Assembly (NCBI GenBank): GCA_963682135.1
Contig: OY821645.1
Location: 1,600,001-1,664,000, forward strand
DNA length: 64,000 bases
Reading direction: 5' to 3'
From: Methanothrix sp.
GTDB lineage: Archaea; Halobacteriota; Methanosarcinia; Methanotrichales; Methanotrichaceae
Shown here: positions 1 to 9,558 of the stretch, piece after piece
Layout of the letters: each line of letters starts with the position of its first letter
Numbering within the stretch: the stretch's first letter is position 1
The notes under the pieces: model-generated
Seen by the model: the letters and a program-made list of their open reading frames with translations, nothing else
What the model was told of the DNA's origin: nothing
Database searches by the model: none
Program-made: the position numbers and the translations under genes

Positions 1-681
1 CGCTGCATATTTGACTGCAAATTTTGTGCCGTGCCCAAATTAAAGGGAGGCATAAAGTCCGGGCAGACGGTCTTGCAGATGGTGGAGGAGGCGGCCCGAA
101 CGGGTCATTTGACTGCCATTTCCCTTACCAGCGGCGTGGAGGTCTCGCCTCGGCATGAGGCGGAGCGAGTGGCGGGAATAGTGGCGGATCTCAAGCGCTT
201 TCATGTCCCGGTGGGCGTTTCCATCAGCCCTTTTCCCGGCGTAAACCAGATTCTCAAAGATGCGGGAGCGGATGAGGTAAAGTACAACCTGGAGTGCGTG
301 GACCCAGAGCTTTTTCCACGCGTCTGTCCGGGCATATCTTATCAGGAGATCATGGATGCCCTGCAAGAAGCGGTGGGCGTTTTTGGCAAGAACCGGGTCT
401 TTACCAATATCATCGTGGGCCTGGGCGAGTCGGACGACCTAATGCGGCGCAGCATAGATGAGCTGACGGAGATGGGAGTCATACCGGTCTTACGGGCGGT
501 GTTTCCTCATCCCCTGCGAGTGGGCGAGGTGCTGATGGAGCGGCCTTCGGCGTCCAGGCTGCTGGAGCTGGCGCGCTACCTGAAGACGGCGCTGGAGAAA
601 AACGGCCTGGACGGGGCTGCGGCTCTCACCGGATGCTACCGCTGCACGGGCTGCGATCTCACGCCGGGCCGGGATCTTTAG
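1..681 (+). CDS. Radical SAM protein (biotin synthase-like, archaeal), 5'-truncated by window edge
   Basis: Frame 1 from base 1 reads RCIFDCKFCAVPK (CxxxCxxC); YNLE motif; C-terminal GCYRCTGCD. Confidence 0.85.
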   Translation, partial: RCIFDCKFCAVPKLKGGIKSGQTVLQMVEEAARTGHLTAISLTSGVEVSPRHEAERVAGIVADLKRFHVPVGVSISPFPGVNQILKDAGADEVKYNLECVDPELFPRVCPGISYQEIMDALQEAVGVFGKNRVFTNIIVGLGESDDLMRRSIDELTEMGVIPVLRAVFPHPLRVGEVLMERPSASRLLELARYLKTALEKNGLDGAAALTGCYRCTGCDLTPGRDL

Positions 682-899
682 GTTTAAGGCGCTCAGAACT
701 CAATATCCTCATCACGATAGTCAGACAGGCCAGATCATCATTGCGCCAAAGAATACGGGGTCGGGCTGAGGTAAAAAGATAGCTATTCACTGAAGGGCTC
801 TCGATCCTGTGGCCGAGCTTCTATGATGGCTGATAGCTTTGCAAAATATATTAGCCCATCCCGAAAAGCCAGGCATCTAAGCCCGAGGATTGATTTCCC

Positions 900-3464
900 G
901 TGGAAGACTTCAATATCAGCACCGCCAAGGGCCTCTCCGAGGCTGAGGCGGCAGAGCTGCTAGAAACCGTCGGCTACAACGAGCTGCCGCAATCAAAGCC
1001 TCGCAGCATCCTGACAATCGCCTTTGGTGTGGTAAAGGAGCCCATGTTCCTGCTCCTGGTGGCAGGCGGCCTGATCTATTTCATTCTGGGAGATCTTCAG
1101 GAGGCGGTTATGCTCATGGGCTTCGTCTTAGTGGTGATGGGCATCACCTTCTACCAGGAACGAAAGACCGAACGGGCCCTTGAGGCCCTGCGAGACCTCT
1201 CCAGCCCCCGGGCTCTGGTCATTCGGGACGGCCAGCAAAAACGCATCGCAGGAAGAGAGGTCGTTCCCGGAGACCTGATCGTCCTCTCCGAGGGAGACCG
1301 GGTGCCCGCCGATGCCGAGCTGCTCTTCGCCTCCAACCTCTCTGCCGATGAGTCACTGCTCACCGGCGAGTCTGTGCCGGTCAGGAAGGTCTGCTCGCAA
1401 GGAAAGGCGCCCCTGGCCCAGCCGGGGGGCGACGACCTGCCTTTCGTTTATTCTGCCAGCCTGATTGTGCAGGGCCAGGGCGCTGCCCGGGTGGTGGCCA
1501 CGGGCGCAGAGACGCAGATCGGCAAGATCGGCAGGGCTCTGCAAAATGTCGAGACGGAAAAGACGCCTCTGCAAAAGGAGACAAATGCCCTGGTGCAAAA
1601 GCTGGCCCTGCTGGGGCTTCTCCTTTGCGCCTCTGTGATTGTCATCTTCGGCCTGACCCGCCATGACTGGCTGCAGGGATTTTTGGCGGGCATCACCCTG
1701 GCCATGGCCGTCCTGCCTGAGGAGTTTCCCGTAGTCCTGACCATCTTTTTGGCTCTGGGTGCCTGGAGAATCTCCCAGCACCGCGTCTTAACCCGGAGCG
1801 TGCCTGCCGTGGAGACGCTGGGCGCAACAACAGTGCTGTGCACCGACAAGACGGGAACCATCACTGAGAACCGCATGACCGTGAAGAAGCTCTTCGCCTC
1901 CGGCCAGTTCTATGACATAGACGGACTGCCGGGCGGGCTTCCGGACGGGATTCATGAGCTGGTGGAATACAGCATTCTGGCCTCGGAGAGCGATCCCTTC
2001 GACCCCATGGAAAAGGCCTTCCTGCGGCTGGGCGAGGAGTACCTGAAGAAAACGCAGCACATCCACAGGGACTGGACTGCGGTTAAGGAGTATTCTCTCT
2101 CCAAAAAACTGCTGGCCATGTCCCGCGTCTGGAAGGCTCCGGAAGGTGACGATTTTATCATAGCCTGCAAGGGCGCTCCGGAAGCCATAGCCGACCTCTG
2201 CCACCTCGATGATTCCGCCCGCCGGAAGCTGACAGGAAATATCGTATCCATGGCCCAAGAGGGCCTTCGCATCCTGGGGGTGGCGGCAGCCCGCTGCAAA
2301 GAGAGCGACCTTCCAACAGGTCAGCATGACTTCGATTTTGTGTTCCTGGGTCTGGTGGGCCTGGCCGATCCGGTACGCTCTGGCGTTGCCAATGCCATCC
2401 AGGAATGCCGCAGCGCGGGAATAAGAGTAGTGATGATAACCGGCGACTATCCAGAAACCGCCCAGGCCATAGCCAGGCAAATAGGTCTGCGGGACCCGGA
2501 ACATATTCTCACCGGCCCGGAGATGGAAAAGCTATCTGATGCCGATCTGGGGGAGCGCATCCGGGATGTGAACATTTTTTCTCGGGTGGTGCCGGAGCAG
2601 AAGCTGCGGCTGGTCAGGGCCCTGAAGGCAGGAGGAGAGGTCGTGACCATGACCGGCGACGGTGTTAACGATGCTCCGGCTTTGAAGGCTGCCGACATTG
2701 GCATAGCCATGGGCGGCAGGGGAACCGACGTGGCCCGTGAAGCGGCCAGCCTGGTGCTCCTGGACGATGCCTTCTCTTCCATTGTAGAGGCTGTCCGGCA
2801 GGGCCGCAGGGTGTTTGACAATATCAAGAAAGCCATGGCCTACATCCTGGCAATTCACGTGCCCATTGCCGGCATGTCCTTGATACCGGTTCTCCTGGGC
2901 TGGCCCCTGGTCCTCCTGCCGGTGCATGTCGTCTTCCTGGAGCTGATCATAGACCCGGCCTGCTCCGTGGTCTTCGAGGCCGAGCCTGAAGAGGCCGACG
3001 TCATGCGGCGGCGGCCACGCGATCCGAAAAAGCCGCTTTTCTCCCGGAGAAACATTGCTCTGAGCTTTTTGCAGGGTTTCATGGTACTGGTGATTGTGCT
3101 GGCTGTTTACGCCTTTTCCCTCTACCGGGGGCAGGGTGTAGCAGAGGCCAGAGCCCTGACCTTTACCACACTCATTGTTGCCAATTTGGGCCTGATCCTA
3201 ACCAATCGCTCCTGGTCCCGCACAATTTTACAGACAATGAGCTGCCCCAACCAGGCCCTCTGGTGGGTGGTTGGAGGAGCGCTGTTCTTCCTGGCGATAG
3301 TGCTCTACACACCATTCTTAAGAGAGCTGTTCGGTTTTGCCTATCTGCATGGGATAGATATCGCCATCTGTTTCATGGCAGGAATCGCCAGCATCCTCTG
3401 GTTTGAGGGGCTCAAGATCATCAACGGAAGAAATGATGAACAAAATCACAGATCAAATTATTAG
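900..3464 (+). CDS. Cation-transporting P-type ATPase (P2A, Ca2+-type)
   Basis: TGES, PEEFP, DKTGT phosphorylation motif, KGAPE, TGD and GDGVNDAP; many TM segments. Confidence 0.95.
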   Translation: MEDFNISTAKGLSEAEAAELLETVGYNELPQSKPRSILTIAFGVVKEPMFLLLVAGGLIYFILGDLQEAVMLMGFVLVVMGITFYQERKTERALEALRDLSSPRALVIRDGQQKRIAGREVVPGDLIVLSEGDRVPADAELLFASNLSADESLLTGESVPVRKVCSQGKAPLAQPGGDDLPFVYSASLIVQGQGAARVVATGAETQIGKIGRALQNVETEKTPLQKETNALVQKLALLGLLLCASVIVIFGLTRHDWLQGFLAGITLAMAVLPEEFPVVLTIFLALGAWRISQHRVLTRSVPAVETLGATTVLCTDKTGTITENRMTVKKLFASGQFYDIDGLPGGLPDGIHELVEYSILASESDPFDPMEKAFLRLGEEYLKKTQHIHRDWTAVKEYSLSKKLLAMSRVWKAPEGDDFIIACKGAPEAIADLCHLDDSARRKLTGNIVSMAQEGLRILGVAAARCKESDLPTGQHDFDFVFLGLVGLADPVRSGVANAIQECRSAGIRVVMITGDYPETAQAIARQIGLRDPEHILTGPEMEKLSDADLGERIRDVNIFSRVVPEQKLRLVRALKAGGEVVTMTGDGVNDAPALKAADIGIAMGGRGTDVAREAASLVLLDDAFSSIVEAVRQGRRVFDNIKKAMAYILAIHVPIAGMSLIPVLLGWPLVLLPVHVVFLELIIDPACSVVFEAEPEEADVMRRRPRDPKKPLFSRRNIALSFLQGFMVLVIVLAVYAFSLYRGQGVAEARALTFTTLIVANLGLILTNRSWSRTILQTMSCPNQALWWVVGGALFFLAIVLYTPFLRELFGFAYLHGIDIAICFMAGIASILWFEGLKIINGRNDEQNHRSNY

Positions 3465-3529
3465 GGCGAATAAGACTATGAAAATAAAATAGTCTAGGGT
3501 ACAAACCCCCTCGAACTATCTAAATAGAT

Positions 3530-3784
3530 TTAATTTCTGCAGCTGCCGTCTCTGCGAGGGCCGGATCCATCCTGAGCTCCGGCAATCTTGCAGCTCTGGC
3601 CCTGGCACGCTCCTGCCTGGCAGTTTTGCTGACCGCAGGTACCCTGATTCTCGCAGCCATTGATGCAGTTCTCATTGCTGCATCCGCTACCATCTGAGGG
3701 CCCATTTCCATTTTGTGCTGCCAGAGCAAAACCGGCCAGCAGGCACAATGCCGCCAGCGAAACGAATAATTTCATGTATCTCAT
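3530..3784 (-). CDS. Small secreted Cys/Gly/Asn-rich protein
   Basis: GAGGT RBS, signal peptide ending ALA-A, 8 Cys in mature part, C-terminal DGSGPRRDGSC. Confidence 0.75.
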   Translation of the reverse strand: MRYMKLFVSLAALCLLAGFALAAQNGNGPSDGSGCSNENCINGCENQGTCGQQNCQAGACQGQSCKIAGAQDGSGPRRDGSCRN

Positions 3785-4096
3785 TTTACTAACCTCAACC
3801 TATGTCTTCCATCTTCCATCCAATTCTCTTCTTCATCGAGATAGGGCCAATAGAGCCGTTCTCACAAAGATCACTCAGCCTGAACGATACTTAATCTTTC
3901 CGGTAATTGTCGAAGTTCAGAAATGGTTCTAAATCGAAGTTATCTGGTTTTAAAAGTTCTATATTCGACAATTAACTGAATAATAGTCCTAAATTGGTTA
4001 TTATTGCTTCCTCGGTCTTTTTGAGTATTTCTCTAAATCATCGCCATCAATATTATATATTCGCGGAACAACAACGTGGTGTAGAATCACGGAGGG

Positions 4097-4498
4097 ATGA
4101 TAACGATGAGAAAACTAATGCTAATGCTTTTGGTCCTATTCGCGATCAGTGGCTTGTCATTTGCCGCCGGTCCACAGGGTGTCCATGAGCCGGGAACTGG
4201 AATTGTCAGCCCGGAAACGAAAGAATCCGCACAGGGGACCGGCCAGGGCATGATGCAGGCCAACCAACAGAACAACACAACGGCTTCGCAAGGCATCCAT
4301 GAGCCCGGAACCGGCCTCGCCAACCCTGAGCTGAAAGAAGCTGCACAAGGATCCGGACAGGGACTGGCGGCCTCAGAGGCAAACGCTCAGAACGAATCTG
4401 CAGCCAGCGCCCCCCAAACACAGCCGGGATTTGAAGCAGCGCTTGCCATGTTTGGCATCATTGCCGCATCATTCGGGCTGCTCTACCGAAGAAATTAG
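4097..4498 (+). CDS. Small secreted PGF-CTERM cell-surface protein with internal repeat
   Basis: GGAGG RBS, signal peptide, two QG(V/I)HEPGTG repeats, C-terminal PGF + hydrophobic helix + RR. Confidence 0.85.
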   Translation: MITMRKLMLMLLVLFAISGLSFAAGPQGVHEPGTGIVSPETKESAQGTGQGMMQANQQNNTTASQGIHEPGTGLANPELKEAAQGSGQGLAASEANAQNESAASAPQTQPGFEAALAMFGIIAASFGLLYRRN

Positions 4499-4607
4499 CC
4501 CCGCAGCACCTGTTATTCTTTTTTGCTCTTCGTCTTCGTCATCCATTTCGCCTGCAAAAGGAAACGAAAGAGATTAATGCCGCCCGGCCATCCATTGCTA
4601 TACTTCT

Positions 4608-6251
4608 ATGAAAATAGCACTCTTGCAGCTTAATCCCACCGTTGGAGATCTCCAGGGCAACAGCCTTCTGATCGCCCGTGCCGCCCGCCGCGCGGCAGAT
4701 GTCGACTTAGCTGTCACCTCCGAACTGGCACTGCTCGGCTATCCGCCTCGCGACCTGCTCCTCAATGCTGATTTTGTAGAGCGCAGCTGGGCCTCTCTGC
4801 TTGAGCTGGCCCGAGAGCTTTCCGATCTGCCGCCGATACTGGTGGGCCTGGCTGAGCCCAATCCGGATGAGGTGGGCCGTCCTCTCTTCAACTCAGCCGC
4901 GCTGCTCCGCCGGGGCAGGGTGGAGAGGACCTTTAAAAAGACACTGCTTCCCACTTACGATGTATTTGACGAAGACCGCTACTTTGAGCCGGCGGCAGAG
5001 CCGCAGATCCTGAAGCTTCAGGATGCAATCCTGGGCATCTCCATCTGCGAAGATATCTGGAATGATCGCGACTTCTGGAAGCGCCGTCGCTATCGCACCG
5101 ATCCCGTGCAGGAGCTTGTGGCCGCGGGAGCCCAGGCTATCATCAACCTTTCAGCGTCTCCTTTCACCGCAGGCAAGCAAAAACACCGCGAGGCCATGCT
5201 CGCCGACCTCGCCAAGAAGCACAGGATTCCTTTCATCTATGTCAATCAGGTGGGAGGCAACGACGATCTGGTTTTCGATGGCCGCAGCTGTGTCTTCGAT
5301 GGCAACGGTCGCCTGGTGGCCCGTGCTCAAGGCTTTGGGGAGGATTTGATAATAACAGATCCTGCCAGCCCTGCCTGCGGGCAGGCGGCGATCGCCAAGG
5401 ACGATTTTACACCCGAGTCAGAGATCTGGCGGGCTCTGGTCCTCGGCACGCGCGACTACGTCCACAAGTGCGGTTTTTCCGGAGTTCTGCTGGGCCTTTC
5501 CGGCGGCATAGACTCTAGCATTGTAGCCGCCATAGCCGCTCAGGCCCTGGGTCCGCAAAATGTCCTGGGGGTGCTCATGCCATCTCCCTACACCAGCCCG
5601 CCGAGCGTGCAGGATGCAAACGAATTGGCGCAAAACCTGGGGATAAGGACGATTACTATGGGCATCACCGATATCATGAAGTCCTATGACCAGGAGCTTG
5701 CCAAACCCTTCCAGGGTCAGCCGAAGAATGTGACAGAGGAGAACATCCAGGCGCGCATTCGGGGCAACCTTCTCATGGCTCTCTCCAACAAGTTTGGCCT
5801 GTTGCTTCTCACCACGGGAAACAAGTCGGAGCTGGCCGTTGGCTACTGTACGATCTACGGAGATATGTCCGGGGGGCTGGCCGTCATCTCCGATGTTCCC
5901 AAGACCACCGTTTACCGGATAGCAAAATGGCTGAATGCCCAGGGCTGTGAGGTCATTCCTACGGCAGTCCTGCACAAAGCGCCCACTGCAGAACTTCGCT
6001 TTGACCAGACCGACCAGGACAGCCTGCCCCCCTACGGGGTGCTGGATAATATCCTGGTGAGATATATCGAGCTGCATCAGTCAAAAGAAGAGCTTCTCGC
6101 GTTGGGTTATGAAGAAGCAGTGGTGGAAAAAGTACTTCGTCTGGTTAAGAATGCCGAATTCAAGAGAAAGCAGGCTGCGCCGGGGCTGAAGGTGACAGAC
6201 CGGGCCTTTGGCAGCGGCTGGAGGATGCCGGTGGCCAGCCGGGCCTGGTAA
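4608..6251 (+). CDS. nadE: Glutamine-dependent NAD+ synthetase
   Basis: N-terminal CN-hydrolase domain (ICEDIW), GLSGGIDS, ENIQAR, TGNKSE, AEFKR. Confidence 0.95.
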   Translation: MKIALLQLNPTVGDLQGNSLLIARAARRAADVDLAVTSELALLGYPPRDLLLNADFVERSWASLLELARELSDLPPILVGLAEPNPDEVGRPLFNSAALLRRGRVERTFKKTLLPTYDVFDEDRYFEPAAEPQILKLQDAILGISICEDIWNDRDFWKRRRYRTDPVQELVAAGAQAIINLSASPFTAGKQKHREAMLADLAKKHRIPFIYVNQVGGNDDLVFDGRSCVFDGNGRLVARAQGFGEDLIITDPASPACGQAAIAKDDFTPESEIWRALVLGTRDYVHKCGFSGVLLGLSGGIDSSIVAAIAAQALGPQNVLGVLMPSPYTSPPSVQDANELAQNLGIRTITMGITDIMKSYDQELAKPFQGQPKNVTEENIQARIRGNLLMALSNKFGLLLLTTGNKSELAVGYCTIYGDMSGGLAVISDVPKTTVYRIAKWLNAQGCEVIPTAVLHKAPTAELRFDQTDQDSLPPYGVLDNILVRYIELHQSKEELLALGYEEAVVEKVLRLVKNAEFKRKQAAPGLKVTDRAFGSGWRMPVASRAW

Positions 6252-6378
6252 CTGGAAGGCATAGCTCGCAGTTGACGAGATCAGGTCCGCAAGGCGGATT
6301 TAGTGGAGCGGGGGACTTTCGCTAGGTCTATCGCGATCCTACAAGTTAAATAGATTCAGGCTAAGAAATGGTCTTGAT

Positions 6379-7692
6379 ATGAAGGGCAGCGACAAGTGGG
6401 GCGCAATGGCGCAGAGGAAAACAGCAGTTTCAATGGTTCTTGTAGCTGCCTTTCTCGTTATGTTGGCTCATGCGGAGCAATCTGACTCCCCCATTGGGCA
6501 GAGTCTGGTTCTCAATGTCTATCTCGATAACGCAGGCAAAGCTCTGATCACGGGCTATGCCGAAGATGTTAGTGGTCTTGCTTTTCTCGCCGATTCGCAA
6601 TTTCGTTTCGAAAATGATTCTCATCAGCTCTATGCCCTCACAGACAGATTGACAGCGAAGGCAGGCGATCTCTGGACTCTGAGCTTTGATGCCAACGGCA
6701 GCTTCGATGATTATCGCGTCACCTTCTATCTGCCCAGCGAGACAAGTCTCGGAGAGATCAACGCCTCGCAGGGTCTGGGATATCTGCTATCCGCGTCCAA
6801 CGAGTCCCTGGTGGCGGATATACAGGGATATGAGGTTTCCAATCCCCTTATCACCATTCACTATCGTCAACTCCTTGCGGCCAACGGCAGCAGCCTGCCG
6901 CCGATTCCTCCAGCTTATCCGAGCGAGGGTGCGGCATTGATCATGCTTCTCATTGCAGCAGCTCTGCTGATGGCGGGTTTTGGCCTTGCCGTCTTCTTGC
7001 AGAGAAAGAGGCGCGGCTTAATGGCAAGCCCAATTGCTCGCCCTATTGAGAATCGGGTGGAAGAAACGATTGCAGCACCTTTGGCAAAAGAGACAGGGGC
7101 TTATCCGCTGCCTGAGAAGCATGACAGCGGGGGCCAGGCTGATTTGCCGTCCGTCGCCGCAAATGCTTCGTCTCCCGTCGCGTTGGATACTGATGCGTCT
7201 TCCTATCTTGACGATGACGGCGTTCTTCCTTCCCAGGCACCGGATGAGACCGTCGCGAATGGGCCCGGCAGTATCGAGCCCTCGCCTTCTTCTCCCTCTG
7301 ATGCGACCCATATCCAGGTAGATTTTCAGGCAGACGTCCCCCCGACGGGCGTCTCCCTTCCATCAGCATCTGAAAAAGACGGGAAGATGGCGGATGCAAG
7401 TCTGCTGCCCTCAAATGGGTCCACTAAAAAGGCGGTTGTGGTCAGCTCCGAGATGGAAGCGGTCATGCAGACGCTCACCGCACGAGAGCGAGCTGTGATG
7501 AGCACATTGATTGAACATGGGGGCAGAATGACTCAGGCAGATATCCGGTATGAGACGGGAACGCCTAAATCGTCCTTAACCGGAATTTTGATATCACTAG
7601 AGCGCAGAAAGCTTGTAAGCAAAAAGGAATGGGGCCGAACCAATATAATCGAACTTTCTGATTGGTTCTTATCGAAAAAGGAACATTCATGA
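6379..7692 (+). CDS. Membrane-anchored helix-turn-helix regulator (COG2512-like)
   Basis: Signal peptide, extracellular domain, one TM followed by RKRR, acidic Pro/Ser linker, C-terminal wHTH (LTARERAVM...GGRMTQADIR...PKSSLT...LERRKLV). Confidence 0.8.
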   Translation: MKGSDKWGAMAQRKTAVSMVLVAAFLVMLAHAEQSDSPIGQSLVLNVYLDNAGKALITGYAEDVSGLAFLADSQFRFENDSHQLYALTDRLTAKAGDLWTLSFDANGSFDDYRVTFYLPSETSLGEINASQGLGYLLSASNESLVADIQGYEVSNPLITIHYRQLLAANGSSLPPIPPAYPSEGAALIMLLIAAALLMAGFGLAVFLQRKRRGLMASPIARPIENRVEETIAAPLAKETGAYPLPEKHDSGGQADLPSVAANASSPVALDTDASSYLDDDGVLPSQAPDETVANGPGSIEPSPSSPSDATHIQVDFQADVPPTGVSLPSASEKDGKMADASLLPSNGSTKKAVVVSSEMEAVMQTLTARERAVMSTLIEHGGRMTQADIRYETGTPKSSLTGILISLERRKLVSKKEWGRTNIIELSDWFLSKKEHS

Positions 7693-8043
7693 ACGTTCTT
7701 TCCGGAGAAACTCTGACAAGTAATCTTAATTTCAGATCGTTCGTTCGGTACTTACTTTTTCTATCGTTCCTGTGTATGTTGATTATTGATGAATTAGAGG
7801 TTTGATTAAAAGAGAATAAGAATATGCGGCAAATGGCCTGGATCTTGGAAGGGTTAGGCTTCGGACGCCATATTAAGTCTTGATCCGATCAGGCTTTGAT
7901 GGCGCGGGGGGATCGTGCCCTTCTCCATTTGCGTAATTGACGGGGCGCGTTCCCTTCTCTGGGAAGATCCGGTCTGGAAATAATTTATAACCAATGAATG
8001 GCGAATACCGGGAAAGCTGTTAAGGCCGTTTGGCAGGCGAATC

Positions 8044-8826
8044 TTGATGATGAATATTTGCAGAAAAATCTTATGCATGGGGCTGGCGAGTTTGCTTCTT
8101 GTTGGTCTGTTCGGTGTGTCGTTGGCCGAGCCCGATGGGAACCAGAAAGCGAATGAACCCCCTGAAGGGATGGGGCCTCAGGATGCAAGAATGATGCCAA
8201 CCCAAAGTGCAGGCTTTCCCATGGGCGATCCATTAGAGGTCTCCGAACCCAATAATATCCATAAGATGGATGCGACCCTTAATAGTATGGCATACCAGGA
8301 CGCAAAGATGATGGCGTCCCAAAATGCGGGCTTTCCCATGGGCGTTCCTGTGGAGGTTCTGCTCAGTGGTCATGGTTTTGCTCTTGTGGGCAATGAATCT
8401 CATATCCTCCGGCTGAAGGTTGAGTCTATCATGCCATTGGAGCCCGATCAGATCAGAGATCTCCTGGCCTCCAACAAGAGCCTGGAGGAGATCAGGGATG
8501 ATATCCGGGCAAAAGAAGGAGAGAAGACCAATCGAGGTAGCCTGATCCTTGATCGCAGCATCTATCCGCTTATCAATATGGTCGTATCTACTTCAGACAA
8601 TAATTCGACGATCCTGAAGGCAGATCTGGCCGATTCAGGTCTACTATCTACTGCTAATGATACGGCGATCCTGGGCAGCATCTCTATGATCATCGCTCCC
8701 TCCGACGGGGGCATGATCGGAAAGGGCGAGCTTCGTATCGAGCAGGGTTTGCCTGCGGCCAGGTACTCTCTCTTAATCGACATGGAGCCATCCCGGCATG
8801 GCCAGGAAAAGATGATGAGGGGGTGA
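8044..8826 (+). CDS. Hypothetical secreted protein with Met-rich internal duplication
   Basis: Signal peptide; QDA(R/K)MMxxQxAGFPMGxPxEV twice. Confidence 0.7.
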   Translation: MMMNICRKILCMGLASLLLVGLFGVSLAEPDGNQKANEPPEGMGPQDARMMPTQSAGFPMGDPLEVSEPNNIHKMDATLNSMAYQDAKMMASQNAGFPMGVPVEVLLSGHGFALVGNESHILRLKVESIMPLEPDQIRDLLASNKSLEEIRDDIRAKEGEKTNRGSLILDRSIYPLINMVVSTSDNNSTILKADLADSGLLSTANDTAILGSISMIIAPSDGGMIGKGELRIEQGLPAARYSLLIDMEPSRHGQEKMMRG

Positions 8827-8878
8827 GTTGATAGCAGCATCCTCTTTCTGTCATCTCGACCGGTGCGGTGGTGCTTTG

Positions 8879-9331
8879 ATGTCCTTCCTGAAGGCAGCGA
8901 GCCTGGTGATGGTACTGCTTCTCCTCCTTTCGCCAGCGGCCCTGAGCCAGGGTGGGCAGCTCTTTTTAAATGTCTATGTGGATGGCACTCCTGGAAAAGC
9001 GCTGGTCGTGGGCAACGTGGACGATATATCCGGCCTGACCTTCCTGAACACTCCAGGTAAAATTTACGAGGATAATGGCCAGCTTTACGCAGTCTGCGAT
9101 TCTCTTGTCGAGAAAGAGGGCGATGGATGGAAGCTGTCGTTTCCCGCTAGCGGCTACTATGATGAGTATCATGCCGTCTTCTTCGTCTCGGGTGGCTTTG
9201 CCTTCCAGGAGATCAACTGCACAAAGGGACTGGAGCTTCTCTCCAGTGCCCACAACGGCTCAATCGTGCTGGATGTGCAGGGATTTGGGCTGACCGATCC
9301 TGCGGTTTCTTTCAGCTACGCGGCTTCGTGA
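8879..9331 (+). CDS. Secreted protein paralogous to the extracellular domain of the 6379-7692 regulator
   Basis: Signal peptide; aligns by eye (LNVYxD, GKAL, SGLxFL, QLYA, WxLSF, EIN, DxQG); no TM or HTH. Confidence 0.75.
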   Translation: MSFLKAASLVMVLLLLLSPAALSQGGQLFLNVYVDGTPGKALVVGNVDDISGLTFLNTPGKIYEDNGQLYAVCDSLVEKEGDGWKLSFPASGYYDEYHAVFFVSGGFAFQEINCTKGLELLSSAHNGSIVLDVQGFGLTDPAVSFSYAAS

Positions 9332-9339
9332 GCTGCAAA

Positions 9340-9545
9340 GCAAGCAGAAGGGCATTGTCGTAGGTGGAGAGAATTACGACATGCCAAAGACGGTCCTCAT
9401 GCTGGTGGCAGAGTCGGGCAATGTTGCTGCGGTCGTGAAGACCATTGAGGACAATGCCCGCACAGGGAGCATAGGTGACGGCAGGATCTTTGTGGCGCCA
9501 ATTGAAGAAGCACATACCATCCGCACGGGAGAGCTAGGGTTGTGA
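9340..9545 (+). pseudogene. C-terminal half of a P-II family (NifI1/GlnB-like) nitrogen regulator
   Basis: Reads KQKGIVVGGENYDMPKTVLMLV...ARTGSIGDGRIFVAPIEEAHTIRTGELGL*; N-terminal part absent. Confidence 0.8.
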
Positions 9546-9558
9546 CACTATACTATGC

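Noticed and set aside
1151-3082. Numerous antisense and alternate-frame ORFs here and across the window
   Set aside because: Shadow ORFs of GC-rich, well-supported genes.
1-3784. Radical SAM plus Cys-rich peptide as a ranthipeptide/sactipeptide cluster
   Set aside because: The enzyme is biotin-synthase-like without SPASM/RRE features, the genes are separated by an ATPase, and the peptide has a Sec-type signal.
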